From contig LT962688.1 in assembly GCA_900234795.1 (NCBI GenBank), positions 2,190,001 through 2,222,000 of the forward strand: DNA of 32,000 bases. The letters are read 5' to 3'. Source of the DNA: Methylorubrum extorquens (lineage in GTDB: Bacteria; Pseudomonadota; Alphaproteobacteria; Rhizobiales; Beijerinckiaceae). Under the pieces are notes generated by a model, which searched no databases, was not told where the DNA came from, and was given only the letters and a program-made list of their open reading frames with translations. The translations under genes were made by a program, and so were the position numbers. Positions 18,691-26,033 of this stretch are shown here, piece by piece; the stretch's first letter is position 1, and each line of letters starts with the position of its first letter.

Positions 18691-19634
18691 CACCTCGTCT
18701 CATGACCCCCCGTCTCCACATCCCCCGCCCCCACCGCCGCGGTTTCCTCACGGCGGCGGCCGGCCTGCTCGGCGTCTCGGCGCTGGGCGGCTGCGACCGC
18801 TTCGCCGCGAGCCCGACCGGACAGCGCGCGCTGAAGGCGGGCGAGGACGCCAACCTGTTCGTGCAGCGCCTGCTGCTGACGCCGGCCTCGCTCGCCAAGG
18901 AATTCCCGGATTCGGAGATCTCGCCCTGGTTCAAGCCGAACGGCACGATCGAGCCGCCGGACCGGGCCTACAAGGCGCTCGCCGCCAAGAGCTTCGACGG
19001 GTTCAAGTTGCGCGTCGACGGGCTCGTCGAGCGGCCCCAGGATCTCAGCCTCGCCGATCTGCGGGCCCTGCCCGCCCGCACCCAGACGACGCGGCACGAC
19101 TGCGTCGAGGGCTGGAGCGCCATCGGCAAGTGGACGGGCGTGCCGCTCGCGGAGGTGCTCAAGCGGGCCGGCCTGAAGCCGAATGCCCGCTACGTCGTGT
19201 TCCACTGCGCCGACACGATGGAATACGCCATGAGCGGCGGGGAGGACGAGGCGGAACCGGAAAAGACCGCCAATCCCAGCATGGAGACGCGGCCGGAGGG
19301 GGCCGAGAATCAGGCAAGCGATTCGCAGGCCGCAGGCGCGGAGGCACCGAATGCCGAGGACGAAGCGAGCCAGGGCACGCCGGTTCGCTATTACGAGAGC
19401 ATCGATCTCACCGATGCCTACCACCCGCAGACGATCCTCGCCTACGACCTGAACGGCAAGGCGCTGCCGGTCTCGAACGGCGCGCCGCTACGCCTGCGGG
19501 TTGAGCGTCAGCTCGGTTACAAGCAGGCGAAATACATCCAGCGGATCGAGCTGACCGAGGGCCTGACCGGTATCGGCGACGGCAAGGGCGGCTACTGGGA
19601 GGACCGCGGCTACGAGTGGTACGCGGGGATTTAA
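18687..19634 (+). CDS. Tat-exported molybdopterin-dependent oxidoreductase, sulfite-oxidase/YedY(MsrP) fold, possibly lipidated
   Basis: Twin-arginine signal HRRGFLTAAAGLLGVSALGGC, which ends in a lipobox-like LGGC. RHDCVEGWSAIGKWTGVPL. PLRLRVERQLGYKQAKYIQRIEL. Low-complexity acidic insert at aa ~181-232. Confidence 0.85.
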   Translation: MTPRLMTPRLHIPRPHRRGFLTAAAGLLGVSALGGCDRFAASPTGQRALKAGEDANLFVQRLLLTPASLAKEFPDSEISPWFKPNGTIEPPDRAYKALAAKSFDGFKLRVDGLVERPQDLSLADLRALPARTQTTRHDCVEGWSAIGKWTGVPLAEVLKRAGLKPNARYVVFHCADTMEYAMSGGEDEAEPEKTANPSMETRPEGAENQASDSQAAGAEAPNAEDEASQGTPVRYYESIDLTDAYHPQTILAYDLNGKALPVSNGAPLRLRVERQLGYKQAKYIQRIELTEGLTGIGDGKGGYWEDRGYEWYAGI

Positions 19635-19782
19635 GTGCAGGTCCGGCGCGTTCACCCGATTTGACAACGCCGCGCGGCTCACCCACTTCTGCGCGGCGCG
19701 AGAGCCGGCCTCCGACCGGTACGCATCCGCGCCATTCCCAAAACCGTATCTGCGGTGAGGCTCTGGCGAGAGGCAGAGGTTC

Positions 19783-22515
19783 ATGAAAGTCGTCGTCGTC
19801 GAGTCGCCGGCCAAGGCCAAGACGATCAACAAATACCTGGGGCGCGATTACGAGGTTCTGGCCTCGTTCGGCCATATCCGCGATCTGCCGGCCAAGGACG
19901 GCTCGGTCGATCCGGAGGCCGACTTCGCCATGATCTGGGAGGTGGAGGATCGCGGCGCCAAGCGCGTGTCCGAAATCGCCCGTGCCGTGAAGGGAGCCGA
20001 GAAGCTTATCCTCGCGACCGACCCGGATCGCGAAGGCGAGGCGATTTCCTGGCACGTCATCGAGGCGCTCACCGCCCGCAAGGCGCTGAAGGGCATCCCC
20101 GTCGAGCGGGTGACCTTCAACGCCATCACCAAGGCGTCGGTCGACGCGGCGATGAAGAAGCCGCGCCAGATCGACCAAGCCTTGGTCGATGCCTATCTCG
20201 CGCGCCGCGCCCTCGATTACCTCGTCGGCTTCAACCTCTCGCCGGTGCTGTGGCGCAAGCTGCCCGGCGCCCGCTCGGCGGGCCGTGTGCAGTCGGTGGC
20301 GCTTCGCCTCGTGGTCGAGCGCGAGATGGAGATCGAGCGCTTCAAGCCGCGTGAGTACTGGTCGATCATCGCGACGCTGGTGACGGAAGCCGGCGGCGTG
20401 TTCGAGGCCCGGCTCGTCGGCGCCGACGGCAAGCGCATCCAGCGCCTCGACGTCGGCAATGCCGAGGAGGCCGCCGCCTTCAAGCGCGACCTCGAACTCG
20501 CGACCTTCCAGGTGGCGAGCATCGAGGCCAAGCCCGCCAAGCGCCATCCGCAGCCGCCCTTCACCACCTCCACGCTGCAGCAGGAGGCGTCCCGCAAGCT
20601 CGGGATGGCCCCGGCGCAGACCATGCGGGTCGCCCAGCGGCTCTACGAGGGCGTGGATGTCGGCGGCGAGACCGTCGGCATTATTACCTACATGCGAACC
20701 GACGGCGTCGACATGGCGCCGGAGGCGATCCAGGACGCGCGCCAAGTGATCGGCCGCGAGTTCGGCGACGCTTACGTCCCCGGCGCGCCGCGCAAATACA
20801 CCGTCAAGGCCAAGAACGCGCAGGAGGCCCACGAGGCCGTGCGCCCGACCGATATGGGCCGGTTGCCGAAGCACGTCGCTCGCCACCTCGAGCCGGAGCA
20901 GGCCAAGCTCTACGACCTGATCTGGACCCGCACCATCGCGAGCCAGATGGAATCGGCGGAGTTGGAGCGCACTACCGTCGAGGTGAGCGCGAATGTCGGC
21001 CCGCGCCGGATCGACCTGCGCGCCACCGGTCAGGTCGTGAAGTTCGACGGCTTCCTCGCGCTCTATCAGGAGGGCAAGGACGACGAGGAGGACGAGGACG
21101 CCAAGCGCCTGCCGGCGATGAAGGCGGGCGACGCGCTCAAGCGCGAGCGCATCGCCTCGACCCAGCACTTCACCGAGCCGCCGCCGCGCTACTCCGAGGC
21201 CAGCCTCGTCAAGCGGATGGAGGAGCTCGGCATCGGCCGGCCCTCGACCTATGCCGCGGTGCTGCAGACCCTGCGCGACCGCGAATATGTCCGCATCGAG
21301 AAGAAGCGCCTTCAGCCGGAGGACAAGGGGCGGCTCGTCACCGGCTTCCTCGAAAGCTTCTTCAAGCGCTACGTCGAGTACGACTTCACCGCGAGCCTGG
21401 AGGAGCAGCTCGACCGGGTCTCGAATGCCGAGATCGACTGGCGCTCCGTGCTGCGCGACTTCTGGCGCGATTTTTCCGCCGCGATCGGCGGCACCAAGGA
21501 ATTGCGCGTCGCGGAGGTTCTCGAGGCGCTCAACGGCCTGCTCGGGCCCCACATCTTCCCCGAGAAGGCGGATGGCGGCGATCCGCGCGCCTGCCCGACC
21601 TGCGGAGCGGGCCAGCTCTCGCTCAAGCTCGGCAAGTTCGGCGCCTTCATCGGCTGCTCGAATTACCCGGAATGCAAGTACACCCGCCAACTCTCGGCCT
21701 CCGGCGTCGAGGGCGAGGGTGACGGCTCCTCGGCCGAGGGCGGCCAGCCCGGCGTGCGCGTGCTCGGCGACGATCCGGCCACCGGCCTGCCCGTGACCCT
21801 GCGCGACGGCCGCTTCGGGCCGTTCGTGCAGCTCGGCGAGGCGAGTGCCGAGAAGGGCGCGGAGAAGCCCAAGCGCTCCTCGTTGCCCAAGGGTATGACG
21901 CCGGGCAGTGTGACGCTCGAGATCGCGCTTCGCCTGCTGTCGCTGCCCCGCGAGGTGGCCAAGCATCCCGAGACCGGCGAGCCGATCCTGGCCAATCTCG
22001 GCCGCTTCGGCCCCTACGTGCAACACGGGAAGACCTACGCCAATCTCGGCAAGGACGATGACGTGCTGGAGATCGGCGCCAACCGCGCCATCGACCTCAT
22101 CGTCGCCAAGGAGCAGGGTGGCGGACGCGGTCGCCCCTCCTCCGATCCCGGCCGCACGCTCGGCCAGCATCCGGACGGTGCCGCCCTCGTGGTCAAGGCC
22201 GGCAAGTACGGCCCCTATGTCAGCGACGGCTCGGTCAATGCGACGCTGCCAAAGACCATGGCCGCCGAGAGCCTGACGCTGGAGCAGGCGATCGACCTCG
22301 TCAACGCCAAGCGCGCGTCGGGCGGCGGCAAGAAGCCGGTCCGCAAGACGGCTTCCCGCGCCCGCGCGCCGGCGAAGAAGGCGGAGGCCGGCGAGGCGAA
22401 GAAGCCGGCCGTGCGCAAGACCGCAGCAAAGCCGGCGGCCAAGGCGACGGCGACGAAGGCCGCGGCCAAGCCGGCAGCTGCGAAGAAGGCGACGGCGAAG
22501 ACGAAGGCGGGCTGA
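19783..22515 (+). CDS. topA: DNA topoisomerase I (type IA)
   Basis: 910 aa. TOPRIM MKVVVVESPAKAKTINKYLG. Active-site region ITYMRTDG. Zn ribbon CPTCGAGQLSLKLGKFGAFIGCSNYPEC. Ala/Lys-rich tail. Confidence 0.97.
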   Translation: MKVVVVESPAKAKTINKYLGRDYEVLASFGHIRDLPAKDGSVDPEADFAMIWEVEDRGAKRVSEIARAVKGAEKLILATDPDREGEAISWHVIEALTARKALKGIPVERVTFNAITKASVDAAMKKPRQIDQALVDAYLARRALDYLVGFNLSPVLWRKLPGARSAGRVQSVALRLVVEREMEIERFKPREYWSIIATLVTEAGGVFEARLVGADGKRIQRLDVGNAEEAAAFKRDLELATFQVASIEAKPAKRHPQPPFTTSTLQQEASRKLGMAPAQTMRVAQRLYEGVDVGGETVGIITYMRTDGVDMAPEAIQDARQVIGREFGDAYVPGAPRKYTVKAKNAQEAHEAVRPTDMGRLPKHVARHLEPEQAKLYDLIWTRTIASQMESAELERTTVEVSANVGPRRIDLRATGQVVKFDGFLALYQEGKDDEEDEDAKRLPAMKAGDALKRERIASTQHFTEPPPRYSEASLVKRMEELGIGRPSTYAAVLQTLRDREYVRIEKKRLQPEDKGRLVTGFLESFFKRYVEYDFTASLEEQLDRVSNAEIDWRSVLRDFWRDFSAAIGGTKELRVAEVLEALNGLLGPHIFPEKADGGDPRACPTCGAGQLSLKLGKFGAFIGCSNYPECKYTRQLSASGVEGEGDGSSAEGGQPGVRVLGDDPATGLPVTLRDGRFGPFVQLGEASAEKGAEKPKRSSLPKGMTPGSVTLEIALRLLSLPREVAKHPETGEPILANLGRFGPYVQHGKTYANLGKDDDVLEIGANRAIDLIVAKEQGGGRGRPSSDPGRTLGQHPDGAALVVKAGKYGPYVSDGSVNATLPKTMAAESLTLEQAIDLVNAKRASGGGKKPVRKTASRARAPAKKAEAGEAKKPAVRKTAAKPAAKATATKAAAKPAAAKKATAKTKAG

Positions 22516-22524
22516 GGGCTCGCC

Positions 22525-22566
22525 GGAAGCGGCCGCTTCCTCCAGATGTCGGGTCTTCCCGACATC
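22525..22566 (+). terminator. two GC-rich hairpins after topA (no U-tract)
   Basis: GGAAGCGGCCGCTTCC (22525-22540) and GATGTCGGG-TCTT-CCCGACATC (22545-22566), in the convergent gap between topA and trmB. Confidence 0.4.
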
Positions 22567-22762
22567 CGGCCGACGCCCCGCGCTTCAATCGGGTCGAGAG
22601 GGCGTTCAGACGCCATCGCCGCGCGTTCTCTTCTGGCAGGTTCGTTCAGCCGGCCGTCATCGCGAGCGACCGCGCAATCCAGCCACGCGACCTTTCAAAG
22701 AAAGGCGGCGCGCCGGATCGTTTCGGCTTCGTTTGGCGATGATGTCGTGTTCGGCGGCTGGA

Positions 22763-23500
22763 TCAGTCCGCGCCGACCCGCTCGAACGTGAGGTAGCTCG
22801 GCAGCCGGCCGGCCGCGAGGGCCTTGGCCTCGTAGCGGGTGCCCGGCCAGCCTTCGAACGGCTTGCGCCAGTCGTCGGCGGTCTGCGCCGTCCAGCGCAG
22901 CTGCGGGCAGCGGGCGGCGCGGACCAGGGTCCAGCCCACATAGTCGTCGATGTCGCTGGCGAAGCGGAAGTGGCCACCGGGGCGCAGCACGCGCGCAATC
23001 TCGGCGAGCGAGGCGTCCGACACGAAGCGGCGCTTGCGCTGGCGGCGCTTCGGCCAGGGATCGGGATAGAGCAGGTAGACGCGGGCGAGGCTCGCATCCG
23101 GCAGGGCGGCGAGCAGGGCGGTCGCGTCCTCGTCCCAGACGCGGACATTGCGCAAGTCGCGCTCGTCCACCGCGCGCAGCAGCTTGACCACGCCGTTGAC
23201 GAACGGTTCGCAGCCGATGATGCCGGCTTGGCGGTGGGCCTCGGCCTGGGCAGCGAGATGCTCGCCGCCGCCGAAGCCGATTTCCAGCCAGACCTCGTCG
23301 ACCGGCACCGGAAACAAGCTCGGCGGATCGAGGAATTCGCCGCGCTCGGGCAGCGTCACGCGAAGAGAAGGCAGCGCCCCTTCGAGGCGCTGCTCCTGGC
23401 CCGGGCGCAGGCGCTTGCCCTTGCGGCGCCCGTAGAAGGCCCGCTCGGTCTCCGCCGTCCCACCCGTCTCGGGAGGGATGTCGTCATCCCTCCCCATCAT
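22763..23500 (-). CDS. trmB: tRNA (guanine46-N7)-methyltransferase
   Basis: 245 aa. EIGFGGGEHL SAM-binding motif. YLLYPDPWPKRRQRKRRF, the hallmark TrmB motif. Confidence 0.9.
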   Translation of the reverse strand: MMGRDDDIPPETGGTAETERAFYGRRKGKRLRPGQEQRLEGALPSLRVTLPERGEFLDPPSLFPVPVDEVWLEIGFGGGEHLAAQAEAHRQAGIIGCEPFVNGVVKLLRAVDERDLRNVRVWDEDATALLAALPDASLARVYLLYPDPWPKRRQRKRRFVSDASLAEIARVLRPGGHFRFASDIDDYVGWTLVRAARCPQLRWTAQTADDWRKPFEGWPGTRYEAKALAAGRLPSYLTFERVGAD

Positions 23501-23509
23501 GGTTCGGGC

Positions 23510-24685
23510 TCAGAACGCCGACTTCAGCTTGTCGGCCAGATCCGTCTTCTCCCAGGAGAAGCCGCCATCGGCATCGGGCTCGCGGCCGAAATGGCCGTAG
23601 GCCGAGGTGCGGGCGTAGATCGGCTTGTTGAGCTGAAGCGCCGTGCGGATGCCGCGGGGCGAGAGATCGAGGGCGTCCATCAGGACCGTCTCGAGCTTGG
23701 CCTCGTCCACCGTGCCGGTGCCGTGCAGATCGACGTAGATCGACAGCGGCTTGGCCACGCCGATGGCGTAGGAGAGCTGGATCGTGGCTCGGCGGGCGAG
23801 GCCGGCGGCGACGACATTCTTTGCCAGATAGCGGGCGGCGTAAGCGGCCGAGCGGTCGACCTTGGTCGGGTCCTTGCCGGAGAAGGCGCCGCCGCCATGG
23901 GGCGCCGCGCCGCCGTAGGTGTCGACGATGATCTTGCGGCCGGTGAGGCCGGCATCGCCATCGGGGCCGCCGATCACGAACTTGCCGGTCGGGTTGACGT
24001 GCCAGACGGTGCCTTCGTTGACCCAGCCCTGCGGCAGAGCCTTGAGAATGTAGGGCTCGACGATGGCGCGCACGTCGGCCGAGTCGAGCGACTCGTCGAG
24101 ATGCTGCGTCGAGAGCACGATCTGCGTCACCTCGACCGGGCGGCCGTTGGCGTAGCGCACGGTGACCTGGCTCTTGGCGTCGGGGCCGAGCTTGGCCGCG
24201 TCGCCCTGCTTGGCCTTGCGCGCGTCGGCGAGGTCCTTGAGGATCTTGTGGGCGTAGAAGATCGGGGCCGGCATCAGGGCCGGGGTCTCGTCGGCGGCGT
24301 AGCCGAACATGATGCCCTGGTCGCCCGCGCCCTCGTCCTTGTTGCCGGCGGCGTCCACGCCCTGCGCGATGTCGGCCGACTGCGCGTGCAGGTGGATGGC
24401 GACGTCGTTGTTCTTCCAGTGGAAGCCCGACTGCTCGTAGCCGATGTCGCGCACGGCCTCGCGGGTCAGCTCTTCGAGATCCTTGAAGGTCACGGAATCG
24501 GGGCCGCGCACCTCACCCGCGATCACGACACGGTTGGTCGTCGTCAGCGTCTCGACGCCGAGACGCGCCTCCGGCATCGCCGAGAGATAGGCGTCGACCA
24601 CGGTGTCCGAGATCCGGTCGCTCACCTTGTCGGGGTGGCCTTCGGAGACGGATTCGCTGGTGAAGAGGTAGTCGGAACGAGGCAT
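23510..24685 (-). CDS. metK: S-adenosylmethionine synthetase
   Basis: [20 protein letters not shown] from ATG 24685 (the track ORF starts at an upstream GTG, 24694). [12 protein letters not shown] and DTYGG motifs. Confidence 0.95.
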
Positions 24686-24750
24686 TGGCTGCACCCCCGA
24701 TTGTCGGGCGCGCCTCGTGTGTCACGGCGCTTACCCTGGTCTCCAGAGGG

Positions 24751-24803
24751 GCGGCTTGTCGCATCGCCGTTCCGGACGGTCAAGCCGGAATGGCGAAATC
24801 GTC
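24751..24803 (-). promoter_or_regulatory. candidate H-type pseudoknot in the metK leader (possible SAM-II/SAM-V/SAM-SAH-like riboswitch)
   Basis: Minus-strand RNA GACGAUUUCGCCAUUCCGGCUUGACCGUCCGGAACGGCGAUGCGACAAGCC. Stem CGCCAUUCC/GGAACGGCG. Loop GGCUUG pairs with downstream CAAGCC. Recognised by eye only; it lies about 65 nt from the start codon. Confidence 0.3.
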
Positions 24804-24892
24804 CGTTTTAACGAACGCTGTTGCATGCAACCGCAGCCTGCGGTTCCGAGCCCGATCGGGATTGGGGTGGCACCGGCACGGAGCGGTGACCG

Positions 24893-25300
24893 TCAGCCCT
24901 TGAGTTCCTGGCTCAGGATTTCGACGGCGGCCGAGAGTTCGCGGCGCTGTTGCTCGGTGAAGGTTTCCGTGAACTGGCGCGCGAAAGCGCGGGCAAGATC
25001 GGACCACGGCTCGACAGCGTAAGCGTGCTGGCCATTGTCTGAAAAGCCACGCTCCGTTTCCGGGTCCGGATGCGGAATGCCATCGAGAAAGTCAGAAACC
25101 GGAGTATTGGTGAGCCGACTGAGGATCGCGAGATGAATCGCGCTGATCCGGTTAACGCCTTTTTCGTACTTCTGGAGTTGTGCGGCAGACATCCCGAAGC
25201 TGTCGGCAACTGCTCGCTGCGTTAGCTTCGAGCGTTTGCGCTGCTCGGCAATGCGACGTCCGAGAAGGACGTCGCGCTCATCGGTCTTCTGGCCTGCCAT
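24893..25300 (-). CDS. XRE-family helix-turn-helix transcriptional regulator
   Basis: HTH_3 core LGRRIAEQRKRSKLTQRAVADSFGMSAAQLQKYEKGVNRISAIHLAILSRL. Start is ATG 25300 or 25315. GC content is visibly lower than in the flanking genes. Confidence 0.7.
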   Translation of the reverse strand: MAGQKTDERDVLLGRRIAEQRKRSKLTQRAVADSFGMSAAQLQKYEKGVNRISAIHLAILSRLTNTPVSDFLDGIPHPDPETERGFSDNGQHAYAVEPWSDLARAFARQFTETFTEQQRRELSAAVEILSQELKG

Positions 25301-25485
25301 CTTCGTTCTGCCCAAGCTCTTTCGGGCGATGCTTCGAACGAAAACTTTCCGCTTGCAAGGGCGCGTCGGGAGCTAATGGCAACGACACACACGTTATGTC
25401 ATTTGTTATAGCTGCGGCGCGACGTCGCACTCAGATCGCAGGAAGTATCGGCTGTCCGCCTGCAATCTGAGGCAGCGAAAACCCT

Positions 25486-25805
25486 TGGCGTCCCCGGCAG
25501 GGCTCGAACCTGCGACCCCAGGTTTCATACCACTTCGACTTTCGCCGCCACGCTGTTCGCGCGTTCGTGGTCTGGACTATCCCTTCACCGTGGGCTTCGA
25601 ACGAAGCCTTTAGGTGCCACCCGTCTAGTCTCTACACCTTCCCGTGGGCCGTGACCGGACCTCGGGCTTGGCTCGGGATCGGCAGAGCGCCGCGGCGCCG
25701 GAAGCTTTCCCCGAATTTGAGTGGATCCGCCGTGCGGTTTCCCATCACGGCGCCCAATTGTGGAGTTTAGGAAACCTGTGCTCTGTCCAGCTGAGCTACG
25801 GAGAC
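25486..25805 (-). tRNA. tRNA-Arg(CCU) interrupted by a group I intron in the anticodon loop
   Basis: - Exon 1, 25805..25769: GTCTCCG TA GCTC AGCTGGACA GAGC A CAGGT TTCCT.
- Exon 2, 25525..25486: AA ACCTG GGGTC GCAGG TTCGAGC CCTGC CGGGGAC G CCA.
- The joined exons give a 77-nt cloverleaf. All four stems pair, with one G-U in the acceptor.
- G18G19, T54-psi-C loop, U33 and A37 are present, and CCA is encoded. Confidence 0.9.
25526..25768 (-). ncRNA. group I self-splicing intron (IC3-like, Azoarcus/Agrobacterium tRNA-intron type), 243 nt, no ORF
   Basis: - Inserted after U36 of the anticodon; it ends in G (25526).
- P1: exon CCU plus intron AA pairs with UUGGG (25757-25753), giving the U-G pair at the splice site.
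- P2 hairpin GCCGUGAUGG-GAAA-CCGCACGGC.
- Core strings UCAAAUUCGGGGAAA, CCGAGCCAAGC, GAAGGUGUAGAGACUAGACGG and CACCUAAAGGC match, from memory, the Azoarcus tRNA-Ile intron core. Confidence 0.85.
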
Positions 25806-26033
25806 GTCGATTCAGGCTTAGCATCATCGCAGGGGGCCGCCAACCGGTCCGGCCTGGGCCGTCGGCGATTGTACGGGGCGAGCCGGAGCGCGCGATCGGC
25901 GCGCTGTTGCCCGAGAGGCGCACGGGCCGGCAATCCGCGATTGTGCGTCCGCGGCGCTCTCGCGTGCCGCGATCCGGGCACTTTTCGCGCGGCATCTTCG
26001 CCTAAATCGAAAGGCCGAGCGCGAACGGTGACG

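Noticed and set aside
19661-19700. TTGACA hexamer and 7-bp hairpin GCCGCGC...GCGCGGC upstream of topA.
   Set aside because: No acceptable -10 element lies at 16-18 bp spacing. A single hexamer match is expected by chance.
22654-22683. ccgtcatcgcgagcgaccgcgcaatccagc resembles a short intergenic repeat (GTCATTGCGAGCGAAGCGAAGCAATCCAG-type) that I associate with Bradyrhizobiaceae/Methylobacteriaceae genomes.
   Set aside because: Only one copy is in this window and the recollection is imprecise. Whole-genome repeat counting is needed.
24841-24890. cggttccgagcccgatcggg looks superficially like a T-arm fragment, so a possible att-site remnant for the islet next to the tRNA.
   Set aside because: It is in the wrong orientation relative to the tRNA, matches only a few bases, and no integrase is present.
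25567-25995. Track ORFs 25567..25770(+), 25585..25995(-) and the first 130 codons of 25644..26885(+).
   Set aside because: They run through the tRNA-Arg exons and the group I intron, so the RNA interpretation explains the sequence completely.
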